From contig CAWCNS010000015.1 in NCBI GenBank assembly GCA_963796965.1, positions 1 to 30,827 of the forward strand: a stretch of 30,827 bases of DNA, given 5' to 3'. This DNA is from Calditrichia bacterium (GTDB taxonomy: Bacteria > Calditrichota > Calditrichia > JAJRVZ01). The notes beneath the pieces were generated by a model that worked only from the letters and a program-made list of their open reading frames with translations, was not told the origin of the DNA and did not search any database. Positions 22,023-30,431 of the stretch are shown here, piece after piece; the stretch's first letter is position 1; every line of letters starts with the position of its first letter. The position numbers and the translations under genes were made by a program.

Positions 22023-22090
22023 TTTTGTCTCCTTTAAAGTAATTTGGTTATGTCAAAAATATATCATGAGGTTACTGATACAAAACATTA

Positions 22091-22318
22091 TTAAACGCAG
22101 AGGGCGCTGAGAACGCCGAGTTCCGCAGAGGTTTTAAATATTTTATATCTGAGTTCACTCTAAAAATGGAAAAGACCAAATCTGTCATCCTGAACTTGTT
22201 TCAGGATCTCTTGTTTTTATTGAACTTATAGATGCCGAAATGAATTCGGCATGACGTTAGGAGTAAACACATATCTAAAAAATATTCTCTCTGCGCCCTC
22301 CGCGCGCTCTGCGTTTAA
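22091..22318. mobile_element. Three-layer nested repeat/MITE structure between DUF4956 and cotH
   Basis: Outer inverted ends TTAAACGCAGAG(G/C)GCGC. Middle element 22151-22270 has imperfect ends GAGTTCACTC-TAA / TTAGGAGTAAACAC and is flanked by a direct ATATCT (22145-50, 22271-76). Inner GTCATCCTGAACTTGTTTCAGGATCT...AGATGCCGAAATGAATTCGGCATGAC (22184-22255). Confidence 0.7.
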
Positions 22319-22451
22319 AAAATATTCAGGTTTTTACTATAAATTATTTTCTAAGAGTTCATAGAATAAATCTCTATGGTTTTATCCTATTTTTCATAGA
22401 ATTTTTGACATTGCGATTTAATTAATCGATTGTTAAACGCGTTTTCTATAT

Positions 22452-23126
22452 TTAAATCTGTTCTTCATCAAAAAACAGGTTAATATTTTTAACACCAGCC
22501 GTGCCATCCAATGCGCTTATAAACTCAGGATTCTTTTCTTTCTTTTTCAATTTGACATAATAGGACAATTCCATCAGGTTTTGCTCTTCAATGGTTTTTA
22601 CATTGATTATATTATGCCGCCGGCAATATTTTTCCAGGATTGGGATGTAGGGTGGGGAGGGTTCACCATTCGGCTGAAAAGAGAATTGCAGCAAGTAATC
22701 ATCTTGCCGGATAGACGTAATATTTGATTTTGTCAGCAACATAATAATTATCCCAACAAACACCGATCCAAAGACAGCTATTTTATAATACCCCACACCC
22801 GAGGCCATGCCGATGGCCAAAGCAAAAAAGATAAAAACAATATCCTGTGTATCCTTAACAGCTGTCCTGAAGCGAATGATCGACATGGCACCAACAAGCC
22901 CAAATGCACGGGCCAGATTATTACCTATGACCATGATGACAATGGCGGTGATCATCGTAAGAATAATCATCGAACTGACAAAAGCGGAGGAATACCCTGC
23001 GCCACGGTAAGATTTGCGATAGATATAAGCGATATAAAGGCCACAACACAAAGCAACAATAATATTTGTCATAATCTCAAATAGAGATGCAGGAAATAAG
23101 TTCATACTATTCAATTCATTAAACAT
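22452..23126 (-). CDS. DUF4956 domain membrane protein
   Basis: IMVIGNNLARAFGLVGAMSIIRFRTAVKD...FFALAIGMASG signature; overlaps the VTC gene stop (translational coupling). Confidence 0.88.
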   Translation of the reverse strand: MFNELNSMNLFPASLFEIMTNIIVALCCGLYIAYIYRKSYRGAGYSSAFVSSMIILTMITAIVIMVIGNNLARAFGLVGAMSIIRFRTAVKDTQDIVFIFFALAIGMASGVGYYKIAVFGSVFVGIIIMLLTKSNITSIRQDDYLLQFSFQPNGEPSPPYIPILEKYCRRHNIINVKTIEEQNLMELSYYVKLKKKEKNPEFISALDGTAGVKNINLFFDEEQI

Positions 23127-23898
23127 TACATTGCTCCCTGCTTTTAATCATGTTATGCCTGGCATAGTGTTGATTATTAAACTCTTTATGACTTTCCAAT
23201 GACAGGGTGTATTTTGATAGCGCTCTTCGCTCTAACTTATACTTGCCTATGAGCGATTTAATCCAGGCTGGCAGGCTTCCATAAAATTTTACTTCAAAAA
23301 TGAAGTGGTTAGCCAATGTAGATTTTACCCTGTCTTCTTCATAAAGCTGGTTTAGCTCTGGATAAATGGCACTGCGCAGGTTCTTATCAAATGTTAGTCT
23401 CAGGGTAGAATCAAATTTTCCCAAAAAAGCTTCACGATCATAAATAACCAAAACTGCCGGACGTAAATTCTTTAAGTAATAATAATAGAGGAATTTCCTG
23501 GCATATTTTTTTTCAACGCCGTTTCCACTAAATGATAGTATAAAATCATCAACACGACTCGTGTTCAGCATTCTTGCAACATTTGTGTAATAGAGCGGAG
23601 CCCGGCTTTTTGATATGCAGTTTGTATTTTTATGTTTTATTTCAAGAAAGGCTATACTTTCTTTTGAACAATGATCATATCCTCTGATTCGAAACTTATT
23701 TCTAATTTGGATACCAGCAATTTTTTCATTGTAGCATGCAAACTGGGGTGAATCGTAATAGATGCTCCTAACCGTATACTGCCCGTCCATATGTTTATGA
23801 GCATAATCATCTAATCTCATAAACGGATTCAGTTCTGCCCGTAGTTTCTCAACAAGATTATTGGGGACTAAATATTTATATTCATATCTCGAATTCAT
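23119..23898 (-). CDS. VTC domain (polyphosphate polymerase, CYTH-like tunnel) protein
   Basis: RYEYKY, YTVRSIYYDS, KFRIRGY, FLEIK, YDREAF, RLTFD, IFEVK, SKY. Confidence 0.88.
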   Translation of the reverse strand: MNSRYEYKYLVPNNLVEKLRAELNPFMRLDDYAHKHMDGQYTVRSIYYDSPQFACYNEKIAGIQIRNKFRIRGYDHCSKESIAFLEIKHKNTNCISKSRAPLYYTNVARMLNTSRVDDFILSFSGNGVEKKYARKFLYYYYLKNLRPAVLVIYDREAFLGKFDSTLRLTFDKNLRSAIYPELNQLYEEDRVKSTLANHFIFEVKFYGSLPAWIKSLIGKYKLERRALSKYTLSLESHKEFNNQHYARHNMIKSREQCNV

Positions 23899-23907
23899 CG
23901 GTTTATC

Positions 23908-24967
23908 CTAATTTAAAATATTTCGTTTCAGGTAGGCAGAGAGAGAAATGGAGCCACAGTTGATTTTGACCGGTGCCAGCAATCCTGAAATAAAATCATT
24001 TGATATCGGATTAAAAGTCGCCAGAACAATAATGCACTGTTTCCCGCCTATGAGTTGCATCACCGGTTGTTTTATCTGGATTTCTCCTGCCCATTGAGAT
24101 GTAAGGTTAGGTGAATCAAAAGACACATTTCCACCATTAGGGATAAAGTAAGCTTGTTCCAGAGGAACCGGAATACAGGCAATTCCCGAATCGAAATTTG
24201 ACAATATCAGAAGTGTATCATTTGAAAATGACCGGTCAATTCGACCATCAAATGGTGCAATAATTAAATTCCGCGAGTCCACTTGTTGCTGTAAAAAGGA
24301 AATTCTGTTTTTAACAGCACTAATATTTTCTTTTAATTGGTTTATTTCTTCATCCTTTTTACCACTCAAACCAGATTCAAGTTCAGCCTGACGAACATTT
24401 ACAGCCTTTTCCAGAATCTTTAATTCATCAGCTGCTGTTTCGTATTTTTCCCTGGCGATAATATCTTTTAAATACAATTCTTTAAGGCGGTTAACAATTT
24501 TTATCTGCTTGTTGACTTCCGATTTTGCCACAGCGAGCCTCTGCTCTGCTTCCCGTACTTCCGTTTTTTTATCACCGCTCATGCCTGTTTTAAGAGCGGC
24601 TGTTAATATGTGCAATTCACCATTCAGTTGGATAAGGCTTGCATGCTGGGCGCTTGAATAAATAATACCGAGCGTATCTCCTTTTGGTACTATATCACCA
24701 TTGCTTCAGCTTCGGATCCAGGTTCAAAATTATGGATTCTCCTCTCTCAAATGAGGTGAGCTGGTAGGAATTATTTATTCCGCTGACTAAGTTCTCTGTA
24801 TTCGTTATAATCTCACCGTCATTTCCGCGCAATAAAACCCAGCGATGGGCAGGCAACATTTTTGCCACACTATCTATTGTGTAGGGAACTTTGACAGGTA
24901 AAAAGAACAAAGCTAATAAAGTCAGAATAAAAGCGGTGGTGATCAGAATAAGACGATTTTTTTTCAA
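23908..24967 (-). CDS. HlyD-like membrane-fusion/adaptor protein (~352 aa), +1 frameshift at ~24703
   Basis: N-terminal TM anchor; the join gives KLKNGDIVPKGDTLG (lipoyl-like half), a long coiled coil, then IIAPFDGRI. Confidence 0.7.
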
Positions 24968-25030
24968 CCTTGTCTACCTTTTTATTAGTATAATTTAGCG
25001 CTGACAAACTTCTTATCAGTATCTAATAAT

Positions 25031-25060
25031 TAAGACGTGGTCTGAAAAAAAAACTTGCGG
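25031..25060 (-). promoter_or_regulatory. ECF-type promoter P2 (HlyD-like/VTC/DUF4956 unit)
   Basis: CCGCAAGTTT-N13-CGTCTTA on the - strand. Confidence 0.85.
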
Positions 25061-25102
25061 GTGTCTATTAATTTTTTGCTAAACAGGATATCTGATTCTT
25101 GT

Positions 25103-25138
25103 AAAAAAAAGCCCTTCATTTCAATTAATGAAGGACTT
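25103..25138 (-). terminator. Intrinsic terminator after the ABC permease
   Basis: GTCCTTCATTAATTGAAATGAAGGGC followed by T8 on the - strand. Confidence 0.8.
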
Positions 25139-25205
25139 GTAGTATTAAAGGATGTCACAAGTTTTTTGAGGAAAGGTGGCACTTCAGAATATCTGTTTGT
25201 GGTTT

Positions 25206-26426
25206 TTATTCATGCCTTAGCGCTTCTATAGGATCCTGCGCTGCTGCTTTACGCGCCGGGTACCAGCCGAAAAACACACCAATAAATGAGCAGAACAGAA
25301 AAGATAGCAGTATTGAATTTGTTGTTATAAGTACCGGCCAGGCCATTAGATTTTCAACGGTATTTGAGGCAAGTATACCCACAGCCACCCCAATAATACC
25401 TCCCAATACACTTAGCAATATCGCTTCTAAAAGGAATTGCTTTAAAATATCTTTTCCTTTACCTCCAACCGCCAGGCGTAGTCCGATTTCACGGGTACGC
25501 TCGGTTACAGATACATACATGATATTCATGATACCAATGCCCCCGACAACCAAAGATATGGCTGCGATGGAACCAAGCAGCACCAACATCATTTCCGATA
25601 TAGAACCAAAAGTGCTGATCAACTCCTGCTGAGTCCGAATTTCAAAATCATTTTCTTCACTATCCTTCAATTTATGCGAAAGGCGCATCGCTTCCTCAAT
25701 TTGGATGGTCGCAGCATCGATTTGGTCTTCTGATACTGCAGACATAACAATTGCACGCAGATGCGTTTGGCGGATAACTCTTTTCATGACTGTGGTGTAA
25801 GGCGCCAGTATGATGTCATCCTGATCCTGCCCGAATGTATTTTCACCTTTTTCTTCCAAAATGCCAATAACTTTAAATGGTATCTTTTCAAAGCGGATGG
25901 TTTGCCCAATGGGATCAATATCATCACTAAAGATATTGTCTACCACTGTTTGTCCAAGCAGACATACTTTTGCTGCGCTTTTTATTTCCTGTAGTGAAAA
26001 CGTACGGCCGCTGGCAACTTCATATTTTTTTATGAACGTATAATCCTCATTTCCGCTAAGTATTTGAGTGGGCCAGTTTTTTGCGCCAAAGATTGCCTGA
26101 CCGGAGCCATCAACTTCGGGAGATACGGCCTTAATTAAATCGCAGTTTTCTCTGATGAAATCAACATCTGAAACAACCAGGGTTTGTGACATCTCCCTGC
26201 TGCGTTGAACCCCGCCACTGTTTCTGCTGGCGGGCTGGATATGAACAAGATTTGTACCCATAGTGGATATTTGTGATTTTATGCTGGCATTAGATCCTTC
26301 ACCAATGGCAAGCATAGAAATCACGGATGCTACACCGATAATAATTCCTAACATTGTGAGAAACGAGCGTGTTTTGTTTCTTTTTATGGCTGCCATGGCA
26401 ATTTTTATTAAGGTTAATATTTTCAT
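25206..26426 (-). CDS. MacB/FtsX-family ABC transporter permease
   Basis: RSFLTMLGIIIGVASVI, ISLVVGGIGIMNIMYVSVTERTREIGLR, FFGWYPARKAA, DPIEALRHE. Confidence 0.93.
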   Translation of the reverse strand: MKILTLIKIAMAAIKRNKTRSFLTMLGIIIGVASVISMLAIGEGSNASIKSQISTMGTNLVHIQPASRNSGGVQRSREMSQTLVVSDVDFIRENCDLIKAVSPEVDGSGQAIFGAKNWPTQILSGNEDYTFIKKYEVASGRTFSLQEIKSAAKVCLLGQTVVDNIFSDDIDPIGQTIRFEKIPFKVIGILEEKGENTFGQDQDDIILAPYTTVMKRVIRQTHLRAIVMSAVSEDQIDAATIQIEEAMRLSHKLKDSEENDFEIRTQQELISTFGSISEMMLVLLGSIAAISLVVGGIGIMNIMYVSVTERTREIGLRLAVGGKGKDILKQFLLEAILLSVLGGIIGVAVGILASNTVENLMAWPVLITTNSILLSFLFCSFIGVFFGWYPARKAAAQDPIEALRHE

Positions 26427-26482
26427 TTTCTTGCTCTTTTTTTTGTTTAAATAATAAATTCATTCACTCATAAATATGTTAT

Positions 26483-27262
26483 TTATGCGACGCATACATC
26501 CACGAATTCATCAAGTAGTGCATCTTCATCTTTCAATTGCTCAAGCGCATCCACCGCGTTTGTTATTTTATTTATATGAATATCTTTGATTATCCTGCCA
26601 TCACGAAACACAACATTTCTTTTTGTAAAAGCTGCAATGTCAGGCTCATGAGTCACAAATCCGATGGTTATGCCTTTGTCATTTAACTCCTGGAATAGGG
26701 CCATAATCTCATAAGAAGTCCTGGTATCAAGGTTACCAGTTGCTTCATCGGCCAGAATGATTACAGGATCATTAACCAGGGAACGGGCGATGGCAACACG
26801 TTGCTGCTGCCCACCGGACATTTGATTGGAAAGGTGTTTCATCCGATCTGCCAAACCAACTGCCTCCAGAGCATACTCTGCTTTCTCACGGCGCAGTTTA
26901 TTGGTTATGTCAGGGTTGTATAACAAAGGTAGTTCTACGTTTTCCAGAGCAGTGGTTCGCGGTAAAAGATTATATGACTGAAACACAAATCCCAATTTGG
27001 TATTACGTATATCGGCCAATTGATTTTTTTTTAACGACTTTACGTTTTTACCATCAAGCCAATAATCCCCAACTGTTGGTTTATCAAGACAGCCGAGTAT
27101 GTTCAGCAGGGTCGATTTACCTGATCCGCTGGCACCCATAATCGCTACAAATTCCCCTGCATTTATTGTAAGATTAACACCTCGCAGTGCGCTGACTGTT
27201 TCAGCTCCTACCTGGTAATCTTTTTGAAGATTCTGTATCTCAATTATTTTATTATTTTTCAT
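26483..27262 (-). CDS. MacB/LolD-type ABC transporter ATP-binding protein
   Basis: GASGSGKST Walker [17 protein letters not shown] signature, ILADE Walker B, VTHE. Confidence 0.95.
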   Translation of the reverse strand: MKNNKIIEIQNLQKDYQVGAETVSALRGVNLTINAGEFVAIMGASGSGKSTLLNILGCLDKPTVGDYWLDGKNVKSLKKNQLADIRNTKLGFVFQSYNLLPRTTALENVELPLLYNPDITNKLRREKAEYALEAVGLADRMKHLSNQMSGGQQQRVAIARSLVNDPVIILADEATGNLDTRTSYEIMALFQELNDKGITIGFVTHEPDIAAFTKRNVVFRDGRIIKDIHINKITNAVDALEQLKDEDALLDEFVDVCVA

Positions 27263-27314
27263 TTTTCTTAGATTTCTAATTTTACAAAGTTATAATCTCT
27301 TAACTATTAATTTA

Positions 27315-28589
27315 CTATCTGCCACCTCCAGGGCGACCCGGACGTTCCTGAACAAATGGACTTTTTTGTGTTTCTTCGCTCTCCTCATAATCCGAGCTAA
27401 TTGTACTACCCATTTCTATGGAAGTAATGACCTGATCACCTTCATTCAATCCAGAAATAATTTCAATGTTTACACCATCGGTTACACCGGTTTCAATCGC
27501 AACTGGTTTTATAGTTGCCCCATCTTTTACCCATACACGTTTCATGTTATCAGGCATCTCCGCCCCTTGTGGAACTTCAGCTTGTTCTGCCGTTTGGTCC
27601 GGACGTTTACCAGGTTGACGTTCTGGTCGTTCACTTTCAGGAAGGCTGCTGAAATAATCCATCATTTGTTCACGATCCGGGGTAAATCGTGTTGCTTTAC
27701 CGGCCAAAACCAAGACATCATTTACTTCTTCTACGTAACCGGTAATACTGGCTGTCATACCTGGTTTTAACTTTATATCTGGATTTTTGGCGGCCACAAT
27801 TACAGTATACGTAATAACATTTTGTGTTTCGGTCGGCTGCAGCCTCACTTCGGTAACTTCACCGGAAAAGGTTTCTTCGGGAAAAGCATCAACCGTAAAT
27901 TCTACGCGCTGGCCCTCTTTTACCATCCCGATATCCGCTTCATCTACATCTGCTTCAACCTGCATTTCCGAAAGGTCATTAGTGATAGTAAAAAGTTCGG
28001 GTGTGTTCAAGCTTGCGGCAACCGTTTGTCCTTCCTCAACCGCGCGGTTAAGCACAATACCATTGATGGGTGAATAGATCTTGGCATAACTTAAATTTTG
28101 CTCGGCCCTGTTTAAATTGGCATTAGCCGATTTTAATCCTGCTTCGCTTTTTTTAAAGTTATATTTTGACAGATCGTGGTCGCTTTCGGATACCAGATCT
28201 TTTTTAAAAAACGCCTCAACGCGTTCAAAATTAGCCTTTTGATAATCGAATTCAGCCTGTGCGTTATATAAGTCAGCTTCAGCATTTTCTAAACTTGATT
28301 GCAAGGTCGATTTATCAAGTTCTGCAATCAATTGTCCCTTTTTTACTTTTGAATTAAAATCTACATATAGCTTTTCAATCACACCCGATACCTGGGTTCC
28401 CACTATAACCGTATTGGTGGCCTCTAATGTCCCGGTAGCAGTGATTGTATTGTTTACAGATCCTTTTTTTACTTTTACAGTTTCAAAAATGTATCCGCTC
28501 TCAGCACTTGCATTTAGAAGATATGCCATACTTGAGACAATCAAGATGATGAGTATTAATATTGTTAGTGTAATTCTTTTTCTTTTCAT
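27315..28589 (-). CDS. MacA-type efflux periplasmic adaptor subunit
   Basis: TM anchor; VGTQVSGVI...VKKGQLIAELD, IYSPINGIV...EGQTV, VDEADIG, FTVDAFP, LKPGMTA. Confidence 0.92.
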   Translation of the reverse strand: MKRKRITLTILILIILIVSSMAYLLNASAESGYIFETVKVKKGSVNNTITATGTLEATNTVIVGTQVSGVIEKLYVDFNSKVKKGQLIAELDKSTLQSSLENAEADLYNAQAEFDYQKANFERVEAFFKKDLVSESDHDLSKYNFKKSEAGLKSANANLNRAEQNLSYAKIYSPINGIVLNRAVEEGQTVAASLNTPELFTITNDLSEMQVEADVDEADIGMVKEGQRVEFTVDAFPEETFSGEVTEVRLQPTETQNVITYTVIVAAKNPDIKLKPGMTASITGYVEEVNDVLVLAGKATRFTPDREQMMDYFSSLPESERPERQPGKRPDQTAEQAEVPQGAEMPDNMKRVWVKDGATIKPVAIETGVTDGVNIEIISGLNEGDQVITSIEMGSTISSDYEESEETQKSPFVQERPGRPGGGR

Positions 28590-28634
28590 TATAATCTCCT
28601 CGATTATGATATCGTATTTAGTCGTTCTATTACT

Positions 28635-28664
28635 TAAGACGTTTTCTTTAGAAAAAACTTGCGG
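28635..28664 (-). promoter_or_regulatory. ECF-type promoter P3 (MacAB-type unit)
   Basis: CCGCAAGTTT-N13-CGTCTTA on the - strand, 46 bp before the start at 28589. Confidence 0.85.
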
Positions 28665-28704
28665 TGGGATGTATCTCTATCAAAGTTTGTGAAGATATAA
28701 AAAC

Positions 28705-28735
28705 AAAAAACCCTTTATCCGGTAGGGATAAAGGG
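28705..28735 (-). terminator. Intrinsic terminator after the sigma/anti-sigma/Spy unit
   Basis: CCCTTTATCCCTACCGGATAAAGGG followed by T6 on the - strand. Confidence 0.8.
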
Positions 28736-28766
28736 CCATTGTTACTCAAAAGAATTTATTTGTTTG

Positions 28767-29300
28767 CTAGGGTTGATCTCCCTCAGCAGGAGGAGGTGGT
28801 GGAGGTGCACCGTCATCACGGGATCCGGATTTCTGTCGAAATACTTCACGCATAAGTAGTTTTAGCTTATCCCGTTGTTCCGGTTTGCATAATTTCTTCA
28901 GGTCCAAAAAATGTTGGAATGTTACTTGTTCGAGATCGGCCTGTTTTTCCTGGATCAGTCTTAATAAAGAATCGGAAAGTTGCGGTTGCGGACTATCCTC
29001 TAAAACTTCATCAAACATTTGTTTTTTTACCTGCCGGATCTCATTATTTAACAGCTGAGATTGTTTATGGTGTTCCTGGCGCATCGTTAAATATTGTTCG
29101 ATCTGCATTTTGTCAAAGCCCAGTTCCTTCTGTAGCATTTTTTCGGTTCTCTTTTTTTCTTCGACAGGGTGTGGGCGACCAGTTTGCGGTCTTCTGCCTT
29201 CTGGTCTTCCCAGCCATAAAAGTGTTAATGCCGCGAAGTTCATAATGAGCAGAATAATAACTGCAATCCACAAATAGCGGTTTTGTTTAAAAATATCCAT
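28767..29300 (-). CDS. Membrane-anchored Spy/CpxP-like ('periplasmic heavy metal sensor'-type) protein, 177 aa
   Basis: Likely start MDIFKQNR at 29300; TM LLIMNFAAL; helical LQKELGFDKMQ and HFLDLKKLCKPEQR; Pro-rich tail. Confidence 0.75.
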   Translation of the reverse strand: MDIFKQNRYLWIAVIILLIMNFAALTLLWLGRPEGRRPQTGRPHPVEEKKRTEKMLQKELGFDKMQIEQYLTMRQEHHKQSQLLNNEIRQVKKQMFDEVLEDSPQPQLSDSLLRLIQEKQADLEQVTFQHFLDLKKLCKPEQRDKLKLLMREVFRQKSGSRDDGAPPPPPPAEGDQP

Positions 29301-29310
29301 AATAGTATTC

Positions 29311-29638
29311 CTATTTAATATCAAGTATGTTGCTTTGATTGTTGTCCAGTTTAAGATCGCTGGCCAGAATCTCAACTAATTCCTGACGTGTTTCAAACTG
29401 CTCAGTCTGACTCGTTCCGCTTAAGTACCAAATCAGCTGTGCTCAGATTAATGGCCACTAAAGCAGTAAGTAGAGCCGGTCTTAAAATTGCAGAGAACAC
29501 GTTCTGCTTTTTCCGTCTCTCCTCTAATCTGGCCTGAACACGGGTATAAAAATAGGGATTAGGCGGGAGATTCTCGGTATTCTCAATCTGATCCAATGTT
29601 TTTTGAATTTCCTGTTCAATTGTATCTTTTTTGTTCAT
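29311..29638 (-). CDS. Putative single-TM anti-sigma factor (~108 aa), +1 frameshift at ~29434
   Basis: ATG at 29638 after GAGGAG; PPNPYFYTRVQARL motif then a TM helix. The corrected frame reads INLSTAIWYLSG...NILDIK* ending at 29311. Lies directly downstream of the ECF gene. Confidence 0.7.
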
Positions 29639-29656
29639 TTTTATCTCCTCAATTTT

Positions 29657-29686
29657 TTGGACGATATTTTGATCCAAAACTTGCGA
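29657..29686 (-). promoter_or_regulatory. ECF-type promoter P4 (internal, anti-sigma/Spy)
   Basis: TCGCAAGTTT-N13-CGTCCAA, immediately after the sigma stop codon. Confidence 0.75.
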
Positions 29687-29689
29687 TGA

Positions 29690-30244
29690 TTAAAATTGTT
29701 TTTCAAAATGGTCATATAATAATTTATGTAGATTTTTCTTAGCCCGATGCATCAGCGCCTCAACCGCTGAAAGAGACAATTCCATAATTTTGGCAATTTC
29801 TTTATTACTGAATCCTTCGATTTTACTTAGTGTAATGACTGTTTTTTGATTTTCAGGAAGTTCGTCAATGGCTGAATCCAGGATCTGTTTGCGTTCCTTG
29901 TCTTCCAGGTCCTGTTGCGGATTGCCATCGGCTGGAATAACAATTTCCTCTTTTTCTTCATTGAAACCAAACAAAGAAGTAAGTTGCGCCAATCGTTTTT
30001 TACGTTTCTTTTTGCGAATAAAATCCAGCGATTTGTTTACAGCAATGCGATAGATCCAGGTTGATAATTCCGCATCTTCACTGAAATGCTCCAGCGATTC
30101 ATATACCTGAATAAATACTTCCTGAGCCACATCGTCGGCATCTTCCGGATTTTTTAAAAAACGGAAACAGGTATTGCGTACTTTCTCCTGATGGGTTTCA
30201 ACTATAGATTTAAAATCTATCCGTAACGACATTAATGCCTGCAA
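29690..30244 (-). CDS. ECF RNA polymerase sigma-70 factor
   Basis: Region 2 DADDVAQEVF...STWIYRIAVNKSLD; region 4 LPENQKTVITL...GFSNKEIAKIM...VEALMHRAK. Confidence 0.93.
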   Translation of the reverse strand: MQALMSLRIDFKSIVETHQEKVRNTCFRFLKNPEDADDVAQEVFIQVYESLEHFSEDAELSTWIYRIAVNKSLDFIRKKKRKKRLAQLTSLFGFNEEKEEIVIPADGNPQQDLEDKERKQILDSAIDELPENQKTVITLSKIEGFSNKEIAKIMELSLSAVEALMHRAKKNLHKLLYDHFEKQF

Positions 30245-30276
30245 TTAAAATTTCTGGAATTTTATGTTCTTTTAAT

Positions 30277-30307
30277 TTAGACGCTTACTTCATTTAAAAT
30301 CTTTTGC
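30277..30307 (-). promoter_or_regulatory. Possible autoregulatory ECF promoter P5 (degenerate)
   Basis: CAAAAGATT-N14-CGTCTAA; the -10 matches, the -35 is weaker. Confidence 0.45.
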
Positions 30308-30431
30308 AAGAAATGTAATTTAAAAAATATTTCACACACAATAGCCATATTTTATCTATATTTATTGACGTAACAATTTGCCAACCTAAATTTTAAGAGA
30401 CGATTAATTCTATAACCGAAAAGATATAATT

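Noticed and set aside
29301..29375. N-terminal extension of the 28767..29375 ORF
   Set aside because: This stretch is the frameshifted C-terminus of the anti-sigma gene; the ATG at 29300 is the better start.
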